Shown one piece after another: positions 29,503 through 38,675 of a stretch of DNA of 50,557 bases (position 1 is its first letter; every line of letters begins with the position of its first letter). The stretch is from Candidatus Woesearchaeota archaeon. GTDB taxonomy: Archaea; Nanobdellota; Nanobdellia; Woesearchaeales; GW2011-AR9. The notes below the pieces were generated by a model that worked only from the letters and a program-made list of their open reading frames with translations, was not told the origin of the DNA and did not search any database. The stretch lies in NCBI GenBank assembly GCA_018303265.1, contig JAGVYN010000012.1, positions 1 to 50,557 of the forward strand, read 5' to 3'. Both the position numbers and the translations under genes were made by a program.

Positions 29503-30089
29503 AATCTAAAAAATCAATTATGGACCCATTTATGGGTGTTGAAATTAGGAACGTTAAAGAATCAGATATGGCTCAAATCCTGCGTGATGCAGAAATAAGA
29601 AGACAGCAAGAAATTGCTGATTGGGAATCGCGTTCAAAACCACTTTATGAGCTTGTATTTTCTGAGTATTTCACTGTTGGTGATATCATTGCCAAATCGT
29701 ATGCTACATCTTTTACGCCTCATTCGGAAATGCGATGTGGTGGAGAATCTTCAAATTATAGAGGTGGTTTCATTTCAAGACTTGTTTTGAAAGTTGTTCC
29801 AGACAATAATGATGTTCCTGTGAGAAAGCTTACCTTTGACGGTGTTTCTATCGTACGAGCAGGGGATTATATCTCTGCCCAGATTCCACGATTCGAAGAG
29901 AAAAAAGTAGAGAGTGGCTTCATTTGTGGCCATGAACATTATAACAGCTTGTACTTGGGCAGGGATTTTAAACCAGAAGAATCGGCAATTGAATTAGCTC
30001 TCTTTTCTGCAGATGGGAAGGTATCTGCTGATGGAAAAGTATTACGAAGAGACCGATCGATTGATTACGATCGTTTTATGAAAAAATAA
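29499..30089 (+). CDS. Hypothetical protein
   Basis: 196-aa ORF with ATGA overlap; internal duplication SADGKV-SADGKV. Confidence 0.7.
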   Translation: MKSKKSIMDPFMGVEIRNVKESDMAQILRDAEIRRQQEIADWESRSKPLYELVFSEYFTVGDIIAKSYATSFTPHSEMRCGGESSNYRGGFISRLVLKVVPDNNDVPVRKLTFDGVSIVRAGDYISAQIPRFEEKKVESGFICGHEHYNSLYLGRDFKPEESAIELALFSADGKVSADGKVLRRDRSIDYDRFMKK

Positions 30090-30220
30090 ACTGTTTCTAA
30101 GGACTTTAACAGCACTTCCGCAAATCCAACGCACTATTATTTTTTAGGGTGTTTTATTTTTAAATGGGGGTAAGTTTTTTATAGGCCACGAAATTAGTAC
30201 TAGTAAAAAAGAGTTGAACG

Positions 30221-32035
30221 ATGGTAGCTTCTCCGGAACGTGTAACGCTTGAAAAAGAACCAGTTAAAAGAGAACAGGCTACTGAAAAATATTTCCCTCC
30301 TTTTAGCAAGGCTGGCGGAGCGGTAAAAGGAGCAGTTGTGGGAGCAGCAGCAACGGCCGGTTCAAGCGCGGTCGATGCCGTCAAAGATCCTGGGTTCATT
30401 TTATTTATTGTTGGGCTGTTAACTTTTATCTTTAATGAATACCTGAATAATACGGCGATCGCCGTTCTTATAGGAACAGTCTTCATGTTCTTTTCTGCTT
30501 TTTTCATCTTCAAAGGAAAAGGAATGGCCGTCACCGTAATCTTTTGGGTATGGTATGTTTTTTTTGGCGGAGTTACAGACATTGAAGGGATAAAGTATGT
30601 TATTATCCCCATAGTGCTTGTGGGAATGGTGGTTCATGGACTTACAAAGTCTATTTCCAAGCAAGGAACGTTTGGCGAAGGGGCCATGGGAGAATTATTG
30701 TATGGAGCTATTCCCATCATGGTGTTCTTTTTAGATCTCGGTTTATTAAACTGGCTGGCGCAAGAGTTTAATGTAACGTTGAGTACATCATCACAAAACA
30801 TCCTCTTATTTACTCCATGGTGGGCGTTGTTGGGGTTGTTCACAACTCAACGCGAGAATACGTTCATCACCATCGCTCGAATGGTGGGGGTGGTGTACAT
30901 CTTTTCAATCGTCCTTCTAGGAGTGGTCCCGGAAGCGTATGGAACTTATAAGTCAGCAATTCCAACTCCGGAAGAATTTCTGGCGGCAAAACAAGAAATC
31001 AGCGAACAGCTTCCGGCAAGGGAAAATCCCCTCATTTCTCAAATAGCTTGTATTGGCGACGCGGATTATGAGAGCTGCATTCAGCAACGGCAGGAAGAAT
31101 CCGAATTGCGTTCCCTCTGCAAGAAAAATGAAGAAGTACAAAAAGGAGTTCTTACCTTTGACGATTGCCTTACAGAAGAAAAGAAGAAAAAAGAAGAAGC
31201 GAAATACTTGGTAGGGGGGGTCATTGATCCTACGATCAAGCTGCCCACGAAATTTAAACTAGAAATTGATCGGGAATTTTTTCCATTTAAAACTTATCTG
31301 GAATTCAGCTCTCCGGAGTATCCGATTACCCTCAAGTATGAAAACACACGAGCGCCGGTGAAGGTTGATCTTTCCTGCGCTTTTGTAAAAGGTTCAGAGG
31401 AACTGCCGGGAAAAATAACCAGCGGAGAAAATATAACTTTGCCTGTTGGCAGCGGCACGGAAGGCATCACCTGTGTGCCGGAAGGAACCTTGAAAGGGAA
31501 ATATGAACTGCGTGTCACTGCTTTCTTTAAAGATCTGGAAACAGCGACGCATCTTACGCGTTTCTTCGTCGGCGAGAAGGATTCTCAGGAAGTGGTAGAA
31601 ATTCAAAAAGCTATTGAGAAGACGGAAAGCCGTGATCTTGCGTATTTCAGCACGTCGCAATTTCCCGCCGATCTGGCCAGGTTCAATTTTGGGTTTGGAA
31701 GCCCGCCCAAGAATCCTCTTATCGTGGGAGGGAAACCCGTGCAGTTAGGGATGTCCATTTTGAACAGCGGGGAAGGAAAACTGTGGGAAATAAAGTCTTA
31801 TGGAGTAATTTTGGAAGGTTTCAATGCTCCCTGTTTAAGCAAGAGCAATATCAAAATTCCGTCAGACGAACAAAGTAATAAACAAATAATTATTCCCGGC
31901 TGTCAAATCATGGATTACCCAGGAGAATTAAAGAATCCAGAGGAATATCTGAAAAGAACCTTTGAAGCGCGGATGGTATATGATTACCAGCTTGAAAACA
32001 AATTTGCGGTTGAAATTGTAGGGAAAACAGGATGA
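30221..32035 (+). CDS. Multi-pass membrane protein with a large Cys-containing extracellular region
   Basis: Several hydrophobic segments in residues about 55-235, then Cys-rich and beta-rich domains. Confidence 0.8.
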   Translation: MVASPERVTLEKEPVKREQATEKYFPPFSKAGGAVKGAVVGAAATAGSSAVDAVKDPGFILFIVGLLTFIFNEYLNNTAIAVLIGTVFMFFSAFFIFKGKGMAVTVIFWVWYVFFGGVTDIEGIKYVIIPIVLVGMVVHGLTKSISKQGTFGEGAMGELLYGAIPIMVFFLDLGLLNWLAQEFNVTLSTSSQNILLFTPWWALLGLFTTQRENTFITIARMVGVVYIFSIVLLGVVPEAYGTYKSAIPTPEEFLAAKQEISEQLPARENPLISQIACIGDADYESCIQQRQEESELRSLCKKNEEVQKGVLTFDDCLTEEKKKKEEAKYLVGGVIDPTIKLPTKFKLEIDREFFPFKTYLEFSSPEYPITLKYENTRAPVKVDLSCAFVKGSEELPGKITSGENITLPVGSGTEGITCVPEGTLKGKYELRVTAFFKDLETATHLTRFFVGEKDSQEVVEIQKAIEKTESRDLAYFSTSQFPADLARFNFGFGSPPKNPLIVGGKPVQLGMSILNSGEGKLWEIKSYGVILEGFNAPCLSKSNIKIPSDEQSNKQIIIPGCQIMDYPGELKNPEEYLKRTFEARMVYDYQLENKFAVEIVGKTG

Positions 32036-32916
32036 TAGAGAAAAGCCAAAAGAAAAGAGTTCAGAAAAAAATCTTCTGCCTAGTCCTATTAGCTATGGCA
32101 AGCTTCGTTCTTGCCGGCTGCGGCGCCGGCGGGCCGCAGGATATTTCCTATAATTTTAAGCAAGGAATTAAAGAGGTTACATTTAGTTTTTTGGAGAATG
32201 CTCCCCCCAAACAAGTGTATCCCAGCTCTAATTTTAAAATGATTGCCGCTGTTGATAACCAGGCAGCATACGATGTTACTAATGGCGTTGTCAAAATTGT
32301 CGGATTGGATGCACGATATTTTTATGTAACCCCGGAGGAACAAGAATTCGGTCCCCTGCTCGGTAAGAGTATCCTCAGCCCTGCCGGCGATAAGGTGTTC
32401 CTGGAATTTGACGGTTTTTCTCAGGCACTGTTTGAAAATGCTGAAGAGTACGTCGGCAACTTTCTGTTAAAAGCAACCTATCACTCGACAATGGACTTTG
32501 CGGACACGGTGTGCATCAATCCTACCCTCTATGATGTTTATTCAGCAGGCTGCAAAGTTCAAGCGTCAAAAGCTTATTCCGGGCAAGGCGCTCCTGTAGC
32601 GGTAACCAAGCTGGAAGAAGTGGTTTCCCCTGACGCAGCCGTTGAATTTAGGATTTTCCTGCGCAACAGCGGCCGGGGGAAGGTAAGCACTCTTACGTTA
32701 AACAATGCCCGGCTCGGTGGGAAGGAATTGGAGTGCGAGTTTCAAAGGGCTGTGGAGAATAAGAAGAGTCTTATACTAAATCAAAAGATGCAGGAAGCAG
32801 CATTGATCTGCAAAACGCTGCTGGACAGCCAGAATTCGTATGAAACAACGTTATCTTTAGGGTTTAGTTATAAGTATGAAGTTGAACAGCGCCATAGTCT
32901 TCGTTTGGTTAAATAA
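32032..32916 (+). CDS. Putative lipoprotein/surface protein
   Basis: Basic N-terminus, hydrophobic core, LAGC lipobox; ATGA overlap with the previous gene. Confidence 0.8.
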   Translation: MIEKSQKKRVQKKIFCLVLLAMASFVLAGCGAGGPQDISYNFKQGIKEVTFSFLENAPPKQVYPSSNFKMIAAVDNQAAYDVTNGVVKIVGLDARYFYVTPEEQEFGPLLGKSILSPAGDKVFLEFDGFSQALFENAEEYVGNFLLKATYHSTMDFADTVCINPTLYDVYSAGCKVQASKAYSGQGAPVAVTKLEEVVSPDAAVEFRIFLRNSGRGKVSTLTLNNARLGGKELECEFQRAVENKKSLILNQKMQEAALICKTLLDSQNSYETTLSLGFSYKYEVEQRHSLRLVK

Positions 32917-32984
32917 CAAATTAAATAATATAATAAATTAAATATAGATAAGTAATAAATAATAAAATATAACAAAGAGGAAAC

Positions 32985-33624
32985 ATGAGGAGAAAGGGCA
33001 TCTTATTCATTCTGCTGCTTTTTGTACTCTTGAGTTGTCATTTTGTTATTGCAGATGGTTCTGCACTTCTTTTCTCACCGCTTACTCCAATGGTGATAAA
33101 ATCTCAATCAAATATTCTTGTACAAACAATATTTCCTTCAGCGTGGTACCTAGGTGATAAAATCTCAATCAAATATTCTTGTACAAACAATATTTCCTTC
33201 AGCGTGGTACCTACGCGGACAAGAAATGATGGTATCAGAAATTATAGGGGGTGGTAGTTTTCAATTGCGAGTGGAAACAGGAGAAACAATAAATCCTCCC
33301 TCTCAAAAAAAAGATCTTTTCCAATCTGAAGAAGAGGAAGAGAGGCCACCGGTTGAGATTCTCATCACCAAAAAAGGTTTTGTGCCAAAGAATGTAACCG
33401 TCATGGTAAATCAAACGGTCATTTGGAAAAATACCCAAGAAAAATTGGATACGTTAGTGTTAGGCACCCGTGAGATTTATGATATGAAGAGCGGTTATCT
33501 TAAACCTGGCGATACTTTTTCCTGGAGTTTTCCTCAGGCAGGGAAATTTTTTTATGTTGATGGCGTGGTTATTGGACGGGCAGGAACGATAGAAGTGAAA
33601 AAAGACTATAAAAGACGATCTTAA
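32985..33624 (+). pseudogene. Secreted cupredoxin-fold-like protein frameshifted by a 61-bp duplication
   Basis: Signal peptide in ORF 32985; GFVPKNVTV..NQTVIWKN, SGYLKPGDTFSWSF..AGKF in ORF 33154; removing one repeat copy gives a single 192-aa ORF. Confidence 0.75.
33092..33213 (+). repeat. Perfect 61-bp tandem duplication
   Basis: 33092-33152 is identical to 33153-33213. Confidence 0.95.
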
Positions 33625-33689
33625 GTGAAGATGCCTTTCTTTGCAAGTTTCGCAAGTAATTTATATCAGTTATTTCATTACGAGAAATT

Positions 33690-34634
33690 ATGAACATCAC
33701 CATCCTTGGCGGGGGAAGCTGGGGCAGTGCGCTGGCTATTCATCTCGCAAAAAAGAAACATTCTGTTAAAATATGGGAATTTTTTCCAGAACAAGCACAG
33801 CATATGCAGGAAAAAAGGGAATGCCCGCTTCTGCCTGGTGTCAAGCTTTCTGATAAGATTTTTGTTTCTTCGGACATGAAAACCACGTTAACAAATGCTG
33901 ATGTAATCTTCATTGTTGTTCCTTCCGATAAAGTAGAAGCGGCGATAGAAAAGGCAGCTCCATTCCTGAAAAAAGAACCAATCATACTTTGTTCAAAGGG
34001 ATTTGCTTCAAAGATGCGCTTATTAAGCGACGTCGTTAAGGAACACAGTTCCGGCCCGGTGTATTGCTTGTATGGCCCGACTCATGCGGAAGAAGTTTCG
34101 CGGGGAGTTTTCAGCGGCCTCGTGCTAGCCGGCGGGGAGGGAAAAGAGAAATTAAAGAAGGCCATTGAAAGTTCACTGCTTCGTGTTGATCTAAGCGACG
34201 ATATTGTTGGCGTTCAGGTTGCCGCGGGATTGAAGAATGTTTTAGCGATTTTTATTGGAATTTTGAGCGGTGCAGGTTTCGGGGACAATACTTCTGCGTA
34301 TGTCCTTACGCGAGGCTTGCAGGAAATAAAGACCGTGGGAGTTAAATGGGGGGGGAAAACTGACACTTTTTACGGACTGGCAGGTATTGGAGATATCATT
34401 GTCACCTGTGAAAGCAAGCATTCACGCAACAGACATATCGGGGAACAGGTTGGAAAAGGCCGGAAGCTTGCAGACGTCCTTGCGGAGATGAAGATGGTTG
34501 CGGAAGGCGTCACCACCGTAAAGATGGTTCCGTCATTGCAAGAGAAATTTCATCTGCCATTACCGGTGATGATGTCTGTGTATGCTATCATGTTTGAAGG
34601 GTTGTCTGTACAGAAGGCGCTGGAAAGGATTTAA
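33690..34634 (+). CDS. gpsA: NAD(P)H-dependent glycerol-3-phosphate dehydrogenase
   Basis: GGGSWGSALA, CSKG, GPTHAEEV, LKNVLAI, GLAGIGDIIVTC, SRNR, VAEGV. Confidence 0.95.
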   Translation: MNITILGGGSWGSALAIHLAKKKHSVKIWEFFPEQAQHMQEKRECPLLPGVKLSDKIFVSSDMKTTLTNADVIFIVVPSDKVEAAIEKAAPFLKKEPIILCSKGFASKMRLLSDVVKEHSSGPVYCLYGPTHAEEVSRGVFSGLVLAGGEGKEKLKKAIESSLLRVDLSDDIVGVQVAAGLKNVLAIFIGILSGAGFGDNTSAYVLTRGLQEIKTVGVKWGGKTDTFYGLAGIGDIIVTCESKHSRNRHIGEQVGKGRKLADVLAEMKMVAEGVTTVKMVPSLQEKFHLPLPVMMSVYAIMFEGLSVQKALERI

Positions 34635-34671
34635 TGTGCGGAAAGATGTATGATAATTATGAGAAGCACTT

Positions 34672-34908
34672 CTATTTCGACTTCGCGATAGCTTCTTCTA
34701 TTTTCTGTTCATGAAAGCCAACGATGATCTTGCCGTCAATATCGATGACAGGAACAGCCAGCTGTCCTGATTTGGCAAGCATTTCATCACTATACTCATC
34801 TTCTTCAGTTACATCCAGCTCCTGAAAGGCATACTTTTTTTTCTTAAGCCATTCTTTCAGTTTCACGCACCATGAACACGTTGGCGTGGTATAAATCTTA
34901 ATTTCCAT
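34672..34908 (-). CDS. Glutaredoxin-like (NrdH/YruB-type) protein
   Basis: IYTTPTCSWC, GQLAVPVI, IVGF; start reassigned to MEIKIY. Confidence 0.9.
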   Translation of the reverse strand: MEIKIYTTPTCSWCVKLKEWLKKKKYAFQELDVTEEDEYSDEMLAKSGQLAVPVIDIDGKIIVGFHEQKIEEAIAKSK

Positions 34909-34957
34909 GATATGCCTCACAATTATTATTTTTTAAATACCCCGTCGCTTGGGTTTT

Positions 34958-35701
34958 TTATTTTATTCTATTTTTCGTTACGGATAAATCATCGTGGTTA
35001 ATTGTCACAATCTCTCCTTGCTCAATCGGTTCCCAGAGAGCGCCGGGAACTGTCGGCAGCACTTCCGAACTAATGATCACTTGGTCCGTTGTTCTTCCGA
35101 TCTGCATCTGGTAATATTGGGGGAAAAGATTTTTCCTCACGGCAACAAAAGAACGATGCGGCGTGGAGAGGATAACATTTGTTCCTCGTAATTTGTGATA
35201 CCTTTTGAAATTTGTCTGAATTGCCTGTACAGCGTCATCTCTCTTCAAATCGGTAAGAATAGAGTAGAATAACTTTTCTGAATCTGTCTTTCCTTGCGGT
35301 GTGAACTTGGACGAATATTTAATTTCATCTTCAATAAATCCGTTATGGCAGAACACACAGCTCCCTACCCCTTCTTTTTCTGCAATAAATGGATGTGTGT
35401 TCGGGAGGGAAGTCTTGCTGCCAATTTTTTTCCGTGCATGAAGAATGGCTATGTTCGTTTTAATGTTTCGGAAGGAGTCTACTTTTGGATCTTCATAGAT
35501 AGCCATGGTTGATTTTTCAATAACCCATTTATCAGCAGAGTTTCGATAGGCAATGCCCCAGCCATCAGCATGCGACCAACTTCCTTTCCCTTTTTCTTTA
35601 TTTAATTCGTGACGGCTGTTTTGATCACTTGCCATAAGTATAATTCCATCTAGTAATTTATTGATATTTACATTTCCTACAGCGATAAGCATTCGACACA
35701 T
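34958..35701 (-). CDS. Class II (Ntn) glutamine amidotransferase-like protein, YafJ/EgtC/DUG3 type (copy 1)
   Basis: N-terminal M-C-R, HADGWG, HARK, NTHPF, HNG, TDSE. Confidence 0.92.
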   Translation of the reverse strand: MCRMLIAVGNVNINKLLDGIILMASDQNSRHELNKEKGKGSWSHADGWGIAYRNSADKWVIEKSTMAIYEDPKVDSFRNIKTNIAILHARKKIGSKTSLPNTHPFIAEKEGVGSCVFCHNGFIEDEIKYSSKFTPQGKTDSEKLFYSILTDLKRDDAVQAIQTNFKRYHKLRGTNVILSTPHRSFVAVRKNLFPQYYQMQIGRTTDQVIISSEVLPTVPGALWEPIEQGEIVTINHDDLSVTKNRIK

Positions 35702-35767
35702 GGAAACAACCTTTGCTAGGTAATATTTAATAGTTGCGTCTTTCTTTAAATAATATCTCTTTAGAAA

Positions 35768-36982
35768 CTAGGCAGCATGGCGAAGCCGTTCCACTGCCTC
35801 TTGTTGTTTATATCTGATAAAGCGATTTGCTGTTTTCAACGCTTCTGGCTTATAGCGGCCTTCTTCTTTGGCAGAGCAACCCTGCATCTGCAAATGCGCG
35901 GTAAGCTGCGTGGAAGTATTCTCTCCCGAATCGATCATAGCCTCCAATGGTTTTAAGTAGTGTGCATCTTGGCGGTCAAGTTGGCAGCCGGCAAATTCTA
36001 CAATCTGGCCTAAATAATCTCGTATCCTTTCGTCTTCAAGACCGGACTTTATTTGTAGTTCTGATAAAGACTGCAGTGTCTTCCAATTAGGGAGCACTAC
36101 AATTCGACCATGAAAGAGATAATCATCATCTTTTCGTGCAATTGTTACAGGGATGTTCTGATCTAGTATCCTGTCATTAAATCCTTGGATCAATGCTGCT
36201 ATGCCCATGAGTATATCCGCTGGGGCAGAGTCATACACACGCAATTCAAACGTGCCGCTGCCGATTTCCGGCCGATGGCGGATGTCAGCATAGCCCGTAT
36301 TGTCTAGTTTAAACTTATGAGCGAATTCCGCAGCTTCAAGTCCTGCGTCAACATACGCATTTTTCCAGTTCTCCCAGCGTCGTACATCCCTCGCAACAAG
36401 TTCATCTTTGGATCCGATATATCCCCGCTCTTCAGGGATTTTAGCAAAAACGTCCTTCTGAAGAGCTTTTTGACGCTGGCAGTTGATGCCATTTTTTCCT
36501 TCGTAATTAATTGTTGACGTAGAACTGAAGGCGGCGCTTACTAACGCCAAAGCTGTCAGAGCGTTAAATTGCTCGACAAGTCGCGGTTGATTAGCGTCAA
36601 TGTGGCAATGAATCCCTGCCCATGGAAAGAGTTTCTCCGGTGTTCCCTCGCCAAAGATCGCCCTATAAGCGCTGGCGCGGGATTTTTCGTGAAGATTAAT
36701 TCTTCCCCGTTCTCCTGCGCCATTTTCACTCGCAGGAAGACCAAATACACCGTACTCCGCACATAAGTCAGCAAGAGCATCTTCCTGTCGTAAATACTCA
36801 TCTGTCAAATCTTTAATTCTGCGGTGTGGTTGTGAATTCCATTCAAATTGCGCTTGTGATCCTTCATCAACATATTTAGCTTCTTTGTAGGGATGTTTTA
36901 CAAGAAGAACGCCTTCGTTGGTGATTGATCCGTCTGGCTTGCACGTCAAACGTTCGTATTCAACACCTATTTTAGATCCCAT
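35768..36982 (-). CDS. Glutamate-cysteine ligase family 2 (YbdK-like carboxylate-amine ligase), copy 1
   Basis: IGVEYE, EGSQAQFEWNS, GIHCHI, YADIRHRP, TFELRVYDS; start reassigned to MGSKIG. Confidence 0.82.
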   Translation of the reverse strand: MGSKIGVEYERLTCKPDGSITNEGVLLVKHPYKEAKYVDEGSQAQFEWNSQPHRRIKDLTDEYLRQEDALADLCAEYGVFGLPASENGAGERGRINLHEKSRASAYRAIFGEGTPEKLFPWAGIHCHIDANQPRLVEQFNALTALALVSAAFSSTSTINYEGKNGINCQRQKALQKDVFAKIPEERGYIGSKDELVARDVRRWENWKNAYVDAGLEAAEFAHKFKLDNTGYADIRHRPEIGSGTFELRVYDSAPADILMGIAALIQGFNDRILDQNIPVTIARKDDDYLFHGRIVVLPNWKTLQSLSELQIKSGLEDERIRDYLGQIVEFAGCQLDRQDAHYLKPLEAMIDSGENTSTQLTAHLQMQGCSAKEEGRYKPEALKTANRFIRYKQQEAVERLRHAA

Positions 36983-37228
36983 CTTTCCCCTCTTTTTTTT
37001 CGTGGATAAAATAATAATTCTCCACATTTGGATACTAGGTGGGATTCAAGCAAGATATATAAATGTTTTCTTTTTTATCGCTTTTTATCAGGAAAATATA
37101 CTCTAATGGTTTAAAATAACCTAAAAATAGCACATAGCATAGCTTTTTCTGAGATTTTTTCACAGTAAATTTCAAAAATAAGTAAAAAATTAGCTTTTAA
37201 TAAAAAAATAAACTAAAAATGTGGCCAT

Positions 37229-37843
37229 TTACAAGTTATTTTTGGGAAAAAGAATCATCTTATGATTTCGATACTTTTTGGTTTCCAATGATTCGAACGC
37301 TTCTTTTAATACCGGTTCGGCAACGGAAATGTTTCCTTGAAGGGGATCGATGAGCTGAAAGTGCCCTTGCCTTTCGGAATATTCATACACTACCAGGTAA
37401 TTTGAGGTGTTCCGTTTCTCGTTGCGGAGGGGTTTGGCGTTTAACCGCAGGAGAAGAATGTTTTTTTTAAGTTCATTATGTATGTCGCGGAAGGAAACGT
37501 CTTTTTCCTGAATATCTATATTTTTTTCCTGCGCTTCCGCTAAATACATATCGGAAGAGAAACCAGCATTATCGATGTCTTCCTTGGTATAGCGGTAAAA
37601 TCGGTAATCCGGAAAATCGTACTCTTTTTTCTCGACGATAACCTGCGGTTTGAGACCGCAGCGTTGCGCATAGAGAGCAAGAGCGTAAATGGAAGATCCT
37701 CTGGTTGGAAGTGTGGCCGTCTTTTTCCAAATGTCAAATTCGTTCTCTCTCGTTAAATTGATTTCTGGTTTGGAATGATGAAGAATAGCGAGCAATGACG
37801 AAGCTGCGGTCGTGAATGATGTTGTTTGCAAGTAAGGGATCAT
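37229..37843 (-). CDS. Peptidase C39-like (DUF3335-type) protein lacking the catalytic Cys/His
   Basis: IPYLQTTSFTTAASSL matches PYY.QTT.FTCGP..L with Cys replaced by Thr; E..IW and ALAL.A..G motifs; SNYLVV where HWV is expected; IDP. Confidence 0.75.
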   Translation of the reverse strand: MIPYLQTTSFTTAASSLLAILHHSKPEINLTRENEFDIWKKTATLPTRGSSIYALALYAQRCGLKPQVIVEKKEYDFPDYRFYRYTKEDIDNAGFSSDMYLAEAQEKNIDIQEKDVSFRDIHNELKKNILLLRLNAKPLRNEKRNTSNYLVVYEYSERQGHFQLIDPLQGNISVAEPVLKEAFESLETKKYRNHKMILFPKNNL

Positions 37844-37847
37844 GTAA

Positions 37848-38606
37848 TCACGCATGTATCTTTGTTTCAACTGGAACAAGTTGTTGTGGTTTCATAATTG
37901 AAACACTCCGCTCTTTGTTGTTTATTACCGCAACTTCCCCTTGCGAGAGCGGTTTCCATCTCATTTTTTTCATCGCCGGAATTTTTTCTGAACTGATGAT
38001 GATGGCGTCTTTGCTTTTGCCGATGTGCATCGTGAAATAGAGGGGGTAGTTGTTCTCTCGCACGGCGACGATCGTTTGTTGAGGCGAGGCGAGAATGATA
38101 TTTGTTCCGGTGAGTTTGGTAAATTGCAGAAGAGTATTTCTCACGCTTTTTGCGGGATTTTTTGTATCCAGGTGAGTAAGAATGTTATAGAACAGCCGTT
38201 CTGAATCGGTCTCTCCTTTTGGCTTATATTTTCGGTCATAGTTAATTTTTTCGCTGATAAGCCCATTGTGGGAAAAGACAAATCTTCCTTCATGAAAAGG
38301 GTGGGTATTGCGCAGGGAAACACCACCGCTGTCCATCCCTCTGGCATGGATGAGTATGACGGAAGAAGTCACCTTGCGCAGAGAATTTATTTTTCGATCA
38401 TCATAGATTGCTTTCGTTGATTTGACAATTTTCCATGAACTTTTTTGCAAATAGGCAACTCCCCACCCATCCGAATGTTTCCAGCTGCCGAGCCCTTTCT
38501 TCTGATTAAGTTCATGGTGGGTTGTTTGGTCTTGCGCCATGAGTATCATGCTGTCAAGAAGAGTATTGGGATCAATATCCCCTAGAGCAATAAGCATTCG
38601 ACACAT
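37848..38606 (-). CDS. Class II (Ntn) glutamine amidotransferase-like protein (copy 2)
   Basis: MCRML start at 38606, HSDGWG, HARG, NTHPF, HNG, TDSE; clear paralog of 34958-35701. Confidence 0.92.
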   Translation of the reverse strand: MCRMLIALGDIDPNTLLDSMILMAQDQTTHHELNQKKGLGSWKHSDGWGVAYLQKSSWKIVKSTKAIYDDRKINSLRKVTSSVILIHARGMDSGGVSLRNTHPFHEGRFVFSHNGLISEKINYDRKYKPKGETDSERLFYNILTHLDTKNPAKSVRNTLLQFTKLTGTNIILASPQQTIVAVRENNYPLYFTMHIGKSKDAIIISSEKIPAMKKMRWKPLSQGEVAVINNKERSVSIMKPQQLVPVETKIHA

Positions 38607-38675
38607 TTGTAGTACCTTCAATTTTGCGCACTTTTCGCCTTGGAATATCTCTTGACTATTTTCTGTTGCGCCGGT

